64,000 nucleotides of DNA from an uncultured Bacilli bacterium (GCA_934162425.1 CAKPIS010000001.1:158034-222033); one strand, 5' to 3'. Shown: positions 39,191 through 49,786, counted from the stretch's first letter. The notes: generated by a model not told the origin, from the letters alone. Numbers and translations are program-made.

Positions 39191-40586
39191 TCCTATTCTT
39201 TTTATTATGATTATACTTTCTTTTATTTTTTGTTTTATAATATTTTTTATTATTATTTTTCTTATTAGAATTCTTTTTCTGATTATTATTTGTTTTTGAA
39301 GCCGTTTTATTAGAAGATATAACCTTTTCTTCTATTTTATTTTTCTTATTATCTAACTTATCAAAATAACTACCAAGTAAATCATCTATTTCATTTTCTA
39401 CCAAAGCATCTTTTTTATTATTATTTAATTCTATGTTTTCTGACATTTTGTTTTGTGCTAGCGCCTTACCTTCCATAGCTTCTATCTTAGAAATAAGAAG
39501 ATTTAAATCAATTAAAGTCTCATCATCATTTTTTATCTCTTCATTAACTTTTTCGTATTCTTTAGCTGTTTTATTTTCATCTAAGTTTTCATGCAAGATA
39601 GTTTCTTCATCTATTTTATTTAAATAATTATTTAAAGTGCTACCCTGATTTGTAGAAATAGCTTCGTTATTTTCTTTTTCTTCTGTAATGTCATCTTCTT
39701 TTTTTGTTTTAAAACTAGTTAACACATACATTTTATCTCTTTTATTTTTACTAGAACTATTAGAAAATTCATCATATGTCATTAAGTAATCATACTTTTT
39801 ATCATATGTTCCGTTAGATAAAAATATTTCATTTAATTTAAGCGTTTTTCTAGAGAATTTAATAGCTAAATAAAATAATCCTATCATAATTAATAAAAGA
39901 GGTAGTGTTTGAAAGAAAAATACTCCAAGAAATGTCTTATTACCTACCGAAAAAGCACTAATTACAGTCATTAATAAATTAAATGTACCATGAACTAAAG
40001 ATGCAATAACACCTGCTAAGAAAAAGTTTTTAACCTTTTTATTTTTATCTTTACTAAAGTTTCCTAAAGATAAATAGTATGCAATAATAACACCACAAAT
40101 AACATGTAATGGTATTGTAGTAAAGTCTCTCATTAAAGCAAGTCCTATACTATTTGATACAGTACTTTCCGAAAAAGCATACATAATATTTTCAACACCT
40201 GCAAAAGAAAGTGCTATTAAAGTCATATAAACTATACTATCATATATTTCATCATAATATTTATTATCAAATATAAACATAAAGAATATTGCTATTTTAG
40301 ATAGTTCCTCTATTAATGCCCAAATATATGTTAATAAAACTTCATTTGTTATAAATTTTGCAGCAATTCCTTCTAAATAACTAGCTAGTGCAGTTGTAAG
40401 AATACCAGATAATAAACATATTATTATATTCTTAATAGGTTCTTTATTTTTTTTATCAGTATACAAAATAAAGCAAGCTAAAATTATAGTTGGAATTAAT
40501 GAAGCAGCTAAAACTAATAAACGTTCATAAAAATAATAGCTATCATTAAATAAATTAAATTCAAACTTAAAGTTTATCATATACAT
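39171..40586 (-). CDS. PrsW-like intramembrane protease homolog with a long K/N-rich low-complexity C-terminal tail.
   Basis: Polytopic N-terminal ~230 aa with an EExxK motif (ALIEELSKIA) and an HGTFN motif. The C-terminal ~200 aa are K/N/E-rich low complexity. Confidence 0.45.
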   Translation of the reverse strand: MYMINFKFEFNLFNDSYYFYERLLVLAASLIPTIILACFILYTDKKNKEPIKNIIICLLSGILTTALASYLEGIAAKFITNEVLLTYIWALIEELSKIAIFFMFIFDNKYYDEIYDSIVYMTLIALSFAGVENIMYAFSESTVSNSIGLALMRDFTTIPLHVICGVIIAYYLSLGNFSKDKNKKVKNFFLAGVIASLVHGTFNLLMTVISAFSVGNKTFLGVFFFQTLPLLLIMIGLFYLAIKFSRKTLKLNEIFLSNGTYDKKYDYLMTYDEFSNSSSKNKRDKMYVLTSFKTKKEDDITEEKENNEAISTNQGSTLNNYLNKIDEETILHENLDENKTAKEYEKVNEEIKNDDETLIDLNLLISKIEAMEGKALAQNKMSENIELNNNKKDALVENEIDDLLGSYFDKLDNKKNKIEEKVISSNKTASKTNNNQKKNSNKKNNNKKYYKTKNKRKYNHNKKNRNDKNAK

Positions 40587-40686
40587 ACCACCTTTTTATA
40601 TAGTAATTATTCTTTTATCCATACTTAAAATATTATATCATAATTTATATGTTTTTTTTCATATAATTTTGTAGGAGTGATAAATT

Positions 40687-41385
40687 TTGTTTTTAAGTAT
40701 TATTACAGAAATTGTAAAAGGTCTTCTTTTTGCAACTGGTAGTTATGGAAGTAAAACGTTTCCAGATCCTCTTTCTAAAGAAAAAGAAGAAAAACTTATT
40801 AAAAGGTTGTTAGAAAATGATAATGAAGCTAGAAATATTTTAATAGAACATAATCTAAGATTAGTTGCTCATATAGTTAAAAAGTATGATAATAATAAAG
40901 AAGATCTTGATGATTTAATTAGTATTGGCACTATAGGATTAATTAAGGGTATAGATACATTTTCAAATAAAAATGGTACAAGACTTACAACATATGCAGC
41001 TAGATGTATAGAAAATGAAATATTAATGTATTATAGATCTAATAAAAAGAATTCAAAAAACATTTCTATAAATGACTCTGTCGGATTTGATAAAGAAGGA
41101 AATGAAATATCTTTTTTAGACATACTAAAAACACCAAGTCCAGATTATATTGAAGATATAACTGTTCAAGATAACATAAAATTACTATATAAATATATAG
41201 ATATACTAAGTCCTAGAGAAAAAGAAATAATAATTAAAAGGTACGGATTATATAACACAAAAGAACAAACTCAAAAAGAAATAGCAAGTGAATTTAACAT
41301 ATCTAGAAGTTATGTATCTAGAATAGAAAAAAGAGCTTTAACTAAAATACTAAGGGAATTTATAAGAAATAAAAAGACAAATTAA
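40687..41385 (+). CDS. sigK: Sporulation sigma factor, pro-sigma-K type.
   Basis: Pro-sequence followed by FPDPLSKEKEEKLIKRLLENDNEARNILIEHNLRLVAHIVKKY...DLISIGTIGLIKGIDTF...TYAARCIENEILMYYR. This is near-collinear with Bacillus SigK; SigE is more distant. Confidence 0.8.
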   Translation: MFLSIITEIVKGLLFATGSYGSKTFPDPLSKEKEEKLIKRLLENDNEARNILIEHNLRLVAHIVKKYDNNKEDLDDLISIGTIGLIKGIDTFSNKNGTRLTTYAARCIENEILMYYRSNKKNSKNISINDSVGFDKEGNEISFLDILKTPSPDYIEDITVQDNIKLLYKYIDILSPREKEIIIKRYGLYNTKEQTQKEIASEFNISRSYVSRIEKRALTKILREFIRNKKTN

Positions 41386-41405
41386 AATAAGAGTTTTTAA
41401 AGCTC

Positions 41406-42530
41406 TTATTTTTTTGCAACATATACAATACCACCTATTAATCCAAACCCAATTAATGATAAGCCAATTATAATTAATGGATTTTTATTACTAGATACCG
41501 TAACAACTTTTTCAGTAGTACTAGTTTTCTTAGTTTTTATAACAGTAAATTTATATTCTCTTTTAGAACCATCTTCAGATGTAACAGTAAGTTTTACAAC
41601 ACTTCCATCTTTTAATTCATCATTACCTGATATTTCAACTGAAGACTTATCACTAGCTAAAGTATAATCAAACGTAAGCTTTTTAACAGATGAATCAACT
41701 TCCACGTTATAAGAAAATTTATCAGCTGTAAATTTAAATGAAGGATACTCTTTAATCTTTAAACTCTTTAAGGTAGCATCAGTTTCTAGTGCATCTCTTA
41801 AAACATTAATAGTATATGTATTTTTAGTTTGTCCATCTTCTGCTAAAACAGTAATTGTTATCTTATTATTTTCACCTGCAACTAACTCACTTTTAACATT
41901 ATCACTAATCACTAAAGTAGCATTAGAATCTTCTAAAGTAGCATTTATTATAACTCTGCTAATTGAACCATCTACATTTAATGAATACTCGTTTATAGAA
42001 CTACTAAATTTAGGTGTATATGAAAGTTCAACTTTATCTTCTGATGTAATTTTAAGTTCTTTTAACTTTGCATTATTAGATTTTGCTTTAGAAGTAGGTG
42101 TAGCAGTTTGAGTTGTTGTTGATGGTGATGTAGCTGTTGTAGTTGTGGTTGAAGTTGTAGTATTAGCCTTAACAGTTAACTTTTTAACCTCTGGAGTACT
42201 ACCTCCATCATCGGATAACTTAATTTCAATTTTTTTATTTTCTGTTAAACTTAAATTCTTTTTAGCTGTAAATACAATAGTACAACCATCTTTTACTTTA
42301 TTTTGCAGAACAAAATCAGAAGTACCACAGTTGTTTTTTGCCTCTAATATGCTTTTATCATAACTAATTTTATAATCACCAGTACGTGTTGGATTACTAA
42401 TAGTTAACGTAGAACTTTTCCCAACTTCAATTGTCTCCGGATCTAATTTCATATTAGTAGCATTAACACTTATCATACCAACAAACATAAAAATAAATAA
42501 TACTAATAAATAATTTAAAGTCTTCTTCAT
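41406..42530 (-). CDS. Cell-surface protein with a signal peptide, Ig-like beta domains, a Thr/Ser-rich linker and a C-terminal TM anchor followed by KK.
   Basis: Start corrected to ATG 42530 (MKKTLNYLLVLFIFMFVGMISVNA, GAGGTG RBS); the track's earlier start is 42611. Linker TTTSTTTTTATSPSTTTQTATPTSKAKS. C-terminal IIIGLSLIGFGLIGGIVYVAKK with no LPXTG. Confidence 0.45.
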   Translation of the reverse strand: MKKTLNYLLVLFIFMFVGMISVNATNMKLDPETIEVGKSSTLTISNPTRTGDYKISYDKSILEAKNNCGTSDFVLQNKVKDGCTIVFTAKKNLSLTENKKIEIKLSDDGGSTPEVKKLTVKANTTTSTTTTTATSPSTTTQTATPTSKAKSNNAKLKELKITSEDKVELSYTPKFSSSINEYSLNVDGSISRVIINATLEDSNATLVISDNVKSELVAGENNKITITVLAEDGQTKNTYTINVLRDALETDATLKSLKIKEYPSFKFTADKFSYNVEVDSSVKKLTFDYTLASDKSSVEISGNDELKDGSVVKLTVTSEDGSKREYKFTVIKTKKTSTTEKVVTVSSNKNPLIIIGLSLIGFGLIGGIVYVAKK

Positions 42531-42612
42531 TTTACACACCTCATCTATTCTATTATTAATTTTAATATAAATGATTTTATAAGTCAATTGAAATAAGAAA
42601 AAAGCCCTCAAA

Positions 42613-45600
42613 TTAGGCTTTTTCTACGTCAAGTTTAACATTAATACCATTTAAATCAAATTCTTCTGTTAAACCACTCTTCTTAACAATATTAATAGAT
42701 AAAGTTTCTTCTTTAATCATATCTTCAAAATCTTTTACTATCTTATCAAATTTATCTATAGCATCATAATATAAAGTAATTCTATCAGCAACATCAAAGT
42801 CTTTTACTTTTCTTAAGTTTTGCACCTTTGATATTAACTCTCTTGTAATACCTTCATTAATTAAATCTTCAGTTAAATTAGTATTCAATATAATGAAATT
42901 ACTTCCTTCTTTTTTAGCATCATAGCCTTCTTTTGCAGATACTCTAATATCAACCATATCTTCCGTAACATCAAATAATTCTCCATCTACTTTTATTGTT
43001 ACAGCTTCTCCATTTTGAATAAACTTTATATCTTCATTAGTAAACTTATTTATCTCTTCTTGATATAATTTTATTTTAGGACCAAATATTTTACCTACTA
43101 CTTTAAAGTTTGGTTTAACTTCAAAATTCATATAATTTGACAAATCAGGTATAAATGTAACTTTTTTAACATTTAACTCTTCTTTAATTAAATTAGTTAA
43201 ATCACCTATTAATTCTTTATTCTTACCATCTATTAAAACTTCACTAATAGGTTGTCTAACTTTTATCTTAACTTCTTCCCTAGCATTTCTACCAAGAGAT
43301 ATTAAATCACGAACTAAGTCCATTTTATTTTCTATTCTATCATCAACTAAATCTAAATTAGCTTTTGGAAAATCACATAAATGAACAGATTCATAATTAG
43401 TTAAAGATGTATATATCTCCTCAGCAGTAAATGATGCTATTGGTGCAATTAACTTACATAATCCAACTAATACTTCATAAGTAGTTTTATAAACTGCCTT
43501 TTTGCTATTATCTAAAGTACTTGACCAAAATCTTCTTCTATTTCTTCTAATGTACCAGTTAGATAAATCTTCTGACACAAAATAAGTTACTTCTTTTACA
43601 ACTTTATGTAAATCATATTCATCATAAGCTTTAGTTACATAATCAACTAATTTATTATATTTAGAAATTAACCATTTATCAATTTCTTCTCTATCTTCAT
43701 ACTTAACATCAAAACTTCTAGGATCTACGCTATCTGTATTAGCATATAAAGCAAAAAATGAGTAAGTGTTTCTAAATGTTGAGAAAAACTTAGAATATAC
43801 TTCTTTTAATCCTTCAATATCAAACTTAATTGGTGTCCAAACAGGTGATACATAAGGTAAGTACCATCTAATAGGATCAGCACCATTTTCTTTGATAAGA
43901 CCAAATGGATCTACTGCATTACCTCTTGATTTATGCATTTTTTGACCATTTTTATCTAGCAATAAGTCATTAACTAATACGTTTTTATATGGACTTTTAC
44001 CAGTTACAAAAGTACTAATTACCATAAGTGAGTAAAACCATCCTCTTGTTTGATCAATACCTTCTGCTATAAAATCAGCTGGAAATTGACTTTCCCATAA
44101 CTCTTTATTTTCAAATGGATAATGATATTGTGCAAATGGCATAGAACCAGAATCAAACCAGCAATCGATAACTTCTGAAGTTCTATTCATAACATTACCA
44201 CAGCAAGGACATTTAATGTGTACATCATCTACGTATGGTCTATGAAGTTCAATACCCTCATCTATTTTCTCTATTGCTTTTTCAACTAACTCTTTTCTTG
44301 AACCTATCATTTCCATATGACCACAAGAACATCTCCAAAGTGGAAGTGGTGTTCCCCAGTATCTATTTCTAGATATTGCCCAGTCCTTTAAGTCTAAAAG
44401 CCAGTTACCAAATCTTTTTTCTCCAACGTAAGATGGGTACCAATTAACTTTATTATTTTCTTCTATTATTTTATCTTTTAACTTAGTAATTTCAAGATAA
44501 TAAGATGGTCTTGAATAATATACTAACGAACTATCACATCTCCAGCAATGAGGATAATCATGCTTCATTTTTTGTTTCTTAAATAACTTATCATTTTCTT
44601 TTAAATATTTAATAACTTCTAAATCAGCATCAAATATATTCATGCCCTTCCATAATCCTTCAGTATATCTTGCATCTTCTCCAACTGGATTAACATAAGG
44701 TAATTTATATCTTTTACCAACATTTGCATCATCTTCACCAAATGCAGGAGCAATATGTACAACACCAGTACCATCAGTCATAGTAACATAACTATCACAT
44801 GTTACAAAAAACGCTTTACCATTTACATCAAGAGATGGAATTAATTGTTCATATTCTGTATATTCTAAAGATTTACCTTTAAATGTATCAAGTACTTTGT
44901 AATCATCGCCTAATACTTTACTAGCTAATTTTTCAGCTAATATAAATTTATAACCCTTAGATTCTACTTTTACATAATCTTCATCTGGATTAACACATAA
45001 TGCAACGTTAGCAATTAAAGTCCAAGGAGTTGTTGTCCAAACAAGAAAATAGCTATCTTCTTTTTTTAATTTAAATGGAACTATTACAGTATTAGCATCA
45101 ACTTCTTTATATCCTTGTGCAACTTCATGGGAAGCAAGTCCTGTACCACATCTTGGACACCAAGGCATAATTTTAACACCCTCATAGAATAAGTTTTCAT
45201 CAAAGAACTTCTTTAATATCCACCATTCTGTTTCTATATAATCATTTTTATAAGTTATATATGAATTTTTAGTATCAATAAATTGTCCCATTTCATCAGT
45301 AAGTCTTGTAAATGATTCTTCATTTTTCCATACAGCTTCACGGCACTTTTTATTAAATTTTTCAATACCATACTTTTCTATATCGCCTTTACCAGAAAAA
45401 CCAAGTTCTTTTTCAACTTGTACTTCAACGGGAAGTCCATGTGTATCCCATCCTATTTTTCTAAGTACTTTTTTGCCTTTCATTGTTTGATACTTACAAA
45501 ATGCATCTTTTAAGAATTTAGCTACCATATGATGTACTCCTGGATTACCATTAGCAGTTGCAGGTCCATCATAAAATACAAAGTTCTCATTATCTTTTCT

Positions 45601-45708
45601 ATTTTGTATTGTCTTATCTAAAATATCTTCACTCTTCCATTTTTCTAATATTTTTTGTTCTCTTTCATATTCACTATCCTTAGATAATTCATCAAATATC
45701 TTACTCAT
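42613..45708 (-). CDS. ileS: Isoleucyl-tRNA synthetase.
   Basis: Start corrected to ATG 45708 (MSKIFDELSKD, AAGGAGGA RBS). The 22 codons the track adds upstream (to 45774) lie in the T-box leader. HMGH-type motif PGVHHM and KMSKS as KMHKS. Confidence 0.95.
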   Translation of the reverse strand: MSKIFDELSKDSEYEREQKILEKWKSEDILDKTIQNRKDNENFVFYDGPATANGNPGVHHMVAKFLKDAFCKYQTMKGKKVLRKIGWDTHGLPVEVQVEKELGFSGKGDIEKYGIEKFNKKCREAVWKNEESFTRLTDEMGQFIDTKNSYITYKNDYIETEWWILKKFFDENLFYEGVKIMPWCPRCGTGLASHEVAQGYKEVDANTVIVPFKLKKEDSYFLVWTTTPWTLIANVALCVNPDEDYVKVESKGYKFILAEKLASKVLGDDYKVLDTFKGKSLEYTEYEQLIPSLDVNGKAFFVTCDSYVTMTDGTGVVHIAPAFGEDDANVGKRYKLPYVNPVGEDARYTEGLWKGMNIFDADLEVIKYLKENDKLFKKQKMKHDYPHCWRCDSSLVYYSRPSYYLEITKLKDKIIEENNKVNWYPSYVGEKRFGNWLLDLKDWAISRNRYWGTPLPLWRCSCGHMEMIGSRKELVEKAIEKIDEGIELHRPYVDDVHIKCPCCGNVMNRTSEVIDCWFDSGSMPFAQYHYPFENKELWESQFPADFIAEGIDQTRGWFYSLMVISTFVTGKSPYKNVLVNDLLLDKNGQKMHKSRGNAVDPFGLIKENGADPIRWYLPYVSPVWTPIKFDIEGLKEVYSKFFSTFRNTYSFFALYANTDSVDPRSFDVKYEDREEIDKWLISKYNKLVDYVTKAYDEYDLHKVVKEVTYFVSEDLSNWYIRRNRRRFWSSTLDNSKKAVYKTTYEVLVGLCKLIAPIASFTAEEIYTSLTNYESVHLCDFPKANLDLVDDRIENKMDLVRDLISLGRNAREEVKIKVRQPISEVLIDGKNKELIGDLTNLIKEELNVKKVTFIPDLSNYMNFEVKPNFKVVGKIFGPKIKLYQEEINKFTNEDIKFIQNGEAVTIKVDGELFDVTEDMVDIRVSAKEGYDAKKEGSNFIILNTNLTEDLINEGITRELISKVQNLRKVKDFDVADRITLYYDAIDKFDKIVKDFEDMIKEETLSINIVKKSGLTEEFDLNGINVKLDVEKA

Positions 45709-46040
45709 AATATCCTCCTTTAAAATATAAAAACTCATCCTAACAAAAGGATGAGTTATAACCCACGGTACCACCTTAATTCATATTATTAATTAATAAT
45801 ATGCACTTCTGTTTAGTTTTAACGCTAATCAAGCGATATATCCTAATATTATTTCAGACATACACAATTAGAAGTGATTTGCATAACTTATATTTAATTT
45901 ATCTTTCACCAAACGATAAACTCCCTAATAAATAACCATTATGCCGTCTTCCGCACTTGTTTTATGTATTAATTGTATCACAAAATAAGTATTTTGCAAT
46001 ACCAAATCATATAAAAAGACAAAACTAAATATTTTGCCTT
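45709..46040 (-). ncRNA. T-box riboswitch leader of ileS.
   Basis: Reverse-strand T-box sequence GGTGGTACCGTGGG (plus-strand ccacggtaccacc at 45763-45775). It overlaps the terminator hairpin AACTCATCCTTTTGTTAGGATGAGTT plus U-tract, immediately before the RBS. The upstream specifier region was not mapped. Confidence 0.7.
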
Positions 46041-46051
46041 AAATTATCAAT

Positions 46052-46450
46052 TTAAAAATCTTCTGAAATATTTTTTGTTCTACTTCTTTTAGGTTCATCT
46101 TCTTCAGTCATTTTACCTTGAACATTTATATTCTTTGGTGTACATAAAAAGATACCATCACCTAACTTTTGCATAGAACCACCTATAGCATATAAGCATC
46201 CACTAACAAAGTCTATTATTCTTTTTCCTTGATCTGGAGTTACTCTTTTTAAGTTTACAACAACAGTATTTCTCTTTTTTAAATAGTCTGCTATTTGTTG
46301 TGACTCTGAAAAAGCTCTTGGCTCAAGTAAAATCATTTTAGAGCCTTCCTGGGTTTCCTCTCTTGTTGCTTCTTCAACACTTAGTGTATAGTATTCATCT
46401 TCACTAGAAATATCATTACCACCCAATAATTTCTTTATACTAAAAGCCAT
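46052..46450 (-). CDS. sepF: Cell division protein SepF.
   Basis: Start at ATG 46450 (MAFSIKKLL, GGAGGG RBS); the track's earlier start is 46465. Conserved SepF core (QQIADYLKKRNTVVVNLKRV...IIDFVSGCLYAIGGSMQKLG). Confidence 0.8.
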   Translation of the reverse strand: MAFSIKKLLGGNDISSEDEYYTLSVEEATREETQEGSKMILLEPRAFSESQQIADYLKKRNTVVVNLKRVTPDQGKRIIDFVSGCLYAIGGSMQKLGDGIFLCTPKNINVQGKMTEEDEPKRSRTKNISEDF

Positions 46451-46580
46451 CTTAAATCCCTCCAATTATATTCTTTAAATATTACTTTACTTATCTTATA
46501 AAAATATTCTACCATAATTAGAAAAAAAATTAAATACCTATAACAAAGTTTTACATTTTTTTACAAAAAGAAAAAGAAGC

Positions 46581-47141
46581 TTACTTGCTTCTTGATACAT
46601 ACTTACCATCACTTGTTGATATTATAACTGATTCTCCTTCACTTATAAATAATGGTACCTTTATAGTCATACCATTTTCTAGTGTTGCATCTTTTAGAGC
46701 ACCTTGTGAAGTATTTCCTTTTACAGCTTGCTCTGTATGAGTTATAACATAATCAATTTTTTCAGGTAAATTAATACCTAATAATTCAGATTCACAATAA
46801 ATTAAGCTAACTTCTAAGTTTTCTTTTAAATATTTTACATCATCACCAATTTGATTACTTGTTAATTCAACTTGTTCATATGTATTCATATCCATAAAGC
46901 TATATGTATCTCCCGCTTGATATAAATATTGCATAGGTTTTCTTTGTACATGAGCTTTAGCTAACTTTACACTACTATTATATGTCTTTTCAACTATTGA
47001 ACCTGTTCTTAAATTCTTAAGCTTCATTTTAACAAATGCAGCACCTTTACCAGGTTTAACGTGAGAAAATTCTAATACTTGGTATAAATTACCTTCATCT
47101 TCAACAGTCATACCATTTTTAATGTCATTTACATTAATCAT
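46581..47141 (-). CDS. efp: Elongation factor P.
   Basis: 186 aa. KPGKGAAFVKMKLKNLRTG loop carrying the modified Lys. Confidence 0.95.
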   Translation of the reverse strand: MINVNDIKNGMTVEDEGNLYQVLEFSHVKPGKGAAFVKMKLKNLRTGSIVEKTYNSSVKLAKAHVQRKPMQYLYQAGDTYSFMDMNTYEQVELTSNQIGDDVKYLKENLEVSLIYCESELLGINLPEKIDYVITHTEQAVKGNTSQGALKDATLENGMTIKVPLFISEGESVIISTSDGKYVSRSK

Positions 47142-47162
47142 ATTTATTCTCCTTTCATAACT

Positions 47163-47188
47163 TTAAAAAATAAGCTTTAAGCTTATTA
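47163..47188 (-). terminator. Palindromic terminator between rpmG and efp.
   Basis: AATAAGCTTAAAGCTTATT followed by a T-run on the reverse strand. Confidence 0.45.
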
Positions 47189-47356
47189 ATTCTTTGTTTC
47201 TTTATGCATAGTATGTTTTCTACATACTGGACAATATCTACTAATTTCCATACGTTCTGGATCATTCTTCTTGTTTTTTTCTAGACGATAATTTTGATTA
47301 CCACAATCTGGGCATTTTAAAGTAATATTACCCCTGTTTTCATTTTTCTTTGCCAT
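47186..47356 (-). CDS. rpmG: 50S ribosomal protein L33 (zinc-ribbon form). It is absent from the ORF track because it is shorter than 60 aa.
   Basis: Reverse-strand ATG at 47356 after an AAGGAGGTAAAATT RBS. Translation [56 protein letters not shown]. Confidence 0.8.
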   Translation of the reverse strand: MAKKNENRGNITLKCPDCGNQNYRLEKNKKNDPERMEISRYCPVCRKHTMHKETKN

Positions 47357-47399
47357 AATTTTACCTCCTTTTTCGGATAACTATAGGTATTATACCAAA

Positions 47400-49433
47400 T
47401 TATTTGTAAATTTCAAAGAAAATATTGCAAATTCTAGAAACAATTCTTTTATTTACACTACTAGTGTATGAAGAATAATTATTTTTATAGCTGACATGCG
47501 GTGAAATAGATACAATACTCATCATAGGATTATCATATGGTGCATACCCTATAAAAGACTTTGTATAAGTTTCTGTATCAACCACTCCATCTCCTGATGC
47601 ATCATAAAAAGTCTCTGATGTTCCTGTTTTTCCAGCTGGATTAGAAATACTTCCCATGTAATTTCTACCAAGTCCATCTTTCATAACACTTATAAATCCT
47701 TCTTTTACCCTTTTAAAATAAATGTTGTCTATGTTAGATGTATTTAAAACTTTTCTATCATATTTTTTTATTACATCTCCAAGTGTGCCATCATCTTTAG
47801 CTTTTCTTATTTCACTAACTAAGTTAAGTTTTAATCTTACTCCTTCATTTGCAATAGTATTTATATAACTAGAAAGCTGAAGAGGAGTATATGTATCATA
47901 CTGACCTATAGAATAGTTAAGTAAAAGTCCTGCATTTGATACTTTTCCCTTATAACCTTCTGTTTCATTTGGCAAATCTATTCCTGACTTTACTCCAAGA
48001 CCTAAACTATTAAATACGCTTCTATAAGTATTTAATGCACTATCATCTACTTTAATTGGCATATTATAATAATAATTAATACCAGCGACTTTTAAAGCCA
48101 CTTGAAATTGATAAGAGTTAGAAGATAAACTAAGTGCCCTAATGTCATTTAATGCTCCTAAATTTTTCCAGGAACACTTTTGAGGAGTATTTTTAAACTT
48201 AATACACTTATCATATAATACTTCTCCTATTTTTAAATTACCAGTAGAATAACCAACAAGCATAGATGCACCCTTAACTATAGAACCTGGAGTATCACTT
48301 CCAGTTAATATATTGGTAGTATAATCACTAACCTTATATCCATCTACTGTTTTATATATTTGTTTTGAAGCTAATGCTAAGACCTCACCAGTATTTGGAT
48401 TAGTAATAACAACTGACGTATGATCATAAAAGTTAGTATTAGCTTCTTCTTTAGCTTTTAAAAGTTCTTCTTCTATTATATTTTCTAATTCTTTTTGCAA
48501 GTCAATATCAATAGATAATACTATATCATTACCCTTACTACCTTTTTTGACTAAAGTCTTTTTACCATTAGTAATTCTATATTTATCTTTAATACCTCTT
48601 AAAGTATCTTCATAACTATATTCTAAATAACTAACTCCTACTCTATCATTAAGAGAATAACCTTTATTTAAATAATAGGCTTTTTCATCCTCTGGAACAC
48701 CACTATCACTAGATGATACATTTCCAAGAATTTGTCTTAAAGTATCTCCATAAGGATATATTCTCTTCCACGATGCTGATATACTAATTCCTTTTAAATT
48801 ATTTAAATTTTCAGCTACATAAGCATACTCTTTTTCACTAGCTTCATCTTTTATTACTTTCTCATCATAATAATATCCCTTATGCATTAAATAATATATA
48901 TAAGCTGCCTTTTTATCTTTATCAATATAATCTTTTAATTCTTCATCAGTTATTCTTTTTACTTTTAAATCTTCAAGCTGGCTTGATTTTAGCTTTCTTG
49001 TTTTATATAGTTCATATTCTTCTTCAGTTATTTTTTTATTTGCCTTATCTTTATTATTTGCTATCCAAAACTCTTTTAGTCCTCTTGGTTTTAAATTAGA
49101 ATAATCAATATCTAAATTATCAGCTAACGTATATGATAAATCTATTTCATCTTTTACTGTCATACCATTTTCTTTTTTATAACTTATTAGATATGTACCA
49201 ACATTATCTACTATCACATTATAATTTCTATCATATATTTTTCCCCTTGGCATTGAAGGACCATATACTTCTTTTGTTGATACTTTTTTTAATTCTTCTA
49301 GTGATGCTTTATTATTTGTAAGCTGCATATATGATAATTTAGTAATTAATACAGTAAAACAAATAATTGTAATAACAAAAACTATAAGCATTCTTCTTTT
49401 TGATATAACTTCTATATTTATATTATCCTTCAT
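47400..49433 (-). CDS. Penicillin-binding protein 2-type transpeptidase (class B PBP).
   Basis: N-terminal TM. SXXK (GSIVKG), SXN (SSN) and KTG (KTGTSE) motifs. Confidence 0.8.
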   Translation of the reverse strand: MKDNINIEVISKRRMLIVFVITIICFTVLITKLSYMQLTNNKASLEELKKVSTKEVYGPSMPRGKIYDRNYNVIVDNVGTYLISYKKENGMTVKDEIDLSYTLADNLDIDYSNLKPRGLKEFWIANNKDKANKKITEEEYELYKTRKLKSSQLEDLKVKRITDEELKDYIDKDKKAAYIYYLMHKGYYYDEKVIKDEASEKEYAYVAENLNNLKGISISASWKRIYPYGDTLRQILGNVSSSDSGVPEDEKAYYLNKGYSLNDRVGVSYLEYSYEDTLRGIKDKYRITNGKKTLVKKGSKGNDIVLSIDIDLQKELENIIEEELLKAKEEANTNFYDHTSVVITNPNTGEVLALASKQIYKTVDGYKVSDYTTNILTGSDTPGSIVKGASMLVGYSTGNLKIGEVLYDKCIKFKNTPQKCSWKNLGALNDIRALSLSSNSYQFQVALKVAGINYYYNMPIKVDDSALNTYRSVFNSLGLGVKSGIDLPNETEGYKGKVSNAGLLLNYSIGQYDTYTPLQLSSYINTIANEGVRLKLNLVSEIRKAKDDGTLGDVIKKYDRKVLNTSNIDNIYFKRVKEGFISVMKDGLGRNYMGSISNPAGKTGTSETFYDASGDGVVDTETYTKSFIGYAPYDNPMMSIVSISPHVSYKNNYSSYTSSVNKRIVSRICNIFFEIYK

Positions 49434-49507
49434 TTGTAAATCACCCTTTATTAATATGGAAAAAAATATACATGATATGCATATAATAAATAAGGAGATT
49501 AGATAAT

Positions 49508-49762
49508 ATGTATGAAATGTTAATAAAAGAATATTTAAAAAAATTATCTATCAACGATATAGATAATTTTGCTTTAAAAAATAATATTACGCTTAAATAT
49601 GGAGAAAATAAAATCATATATGATTTTATAAAACAAAGATGGATGGAAGTATATAGTGGAAATACATATGATGCATTTAATTATTTAAAAAACAATATAT
49701 CTAAAGAAACATATGATTTTATAATGAAACTATATAATGAATTTGTAAATAAAATCAAATAA
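49508..49762 (+). CDS. Small hypothetical protein.
   Basis: 84-aa ORF. Followed by the bidirectional terminator hairpin AAAAAGCCTAATTTTTTTAGGCTTTTTT at 49763-49790. Confidence 0.35.
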   Translation: MYEMLIKEYLKKLSINDIDNFALKNNITLKYGENKIIYDFIKQRWMEVYSGNTYDAFNYLKNNISKETYDFIMKLYNEFVNKIK

Positions 49763-49786
49763 AAAGCCTAATTTTTTTAGGCTTTT

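Noticed and set aside
45709-45774. N-terminal 22 residues (MVPWVITHPFVRMSFYILKEDI) of the track's ileS ORF.
   Set aside because: This segment overlaps the T-box and terminator. A strong RBS plus ATG at 45708 gives the canonical IleRS N-terminus.
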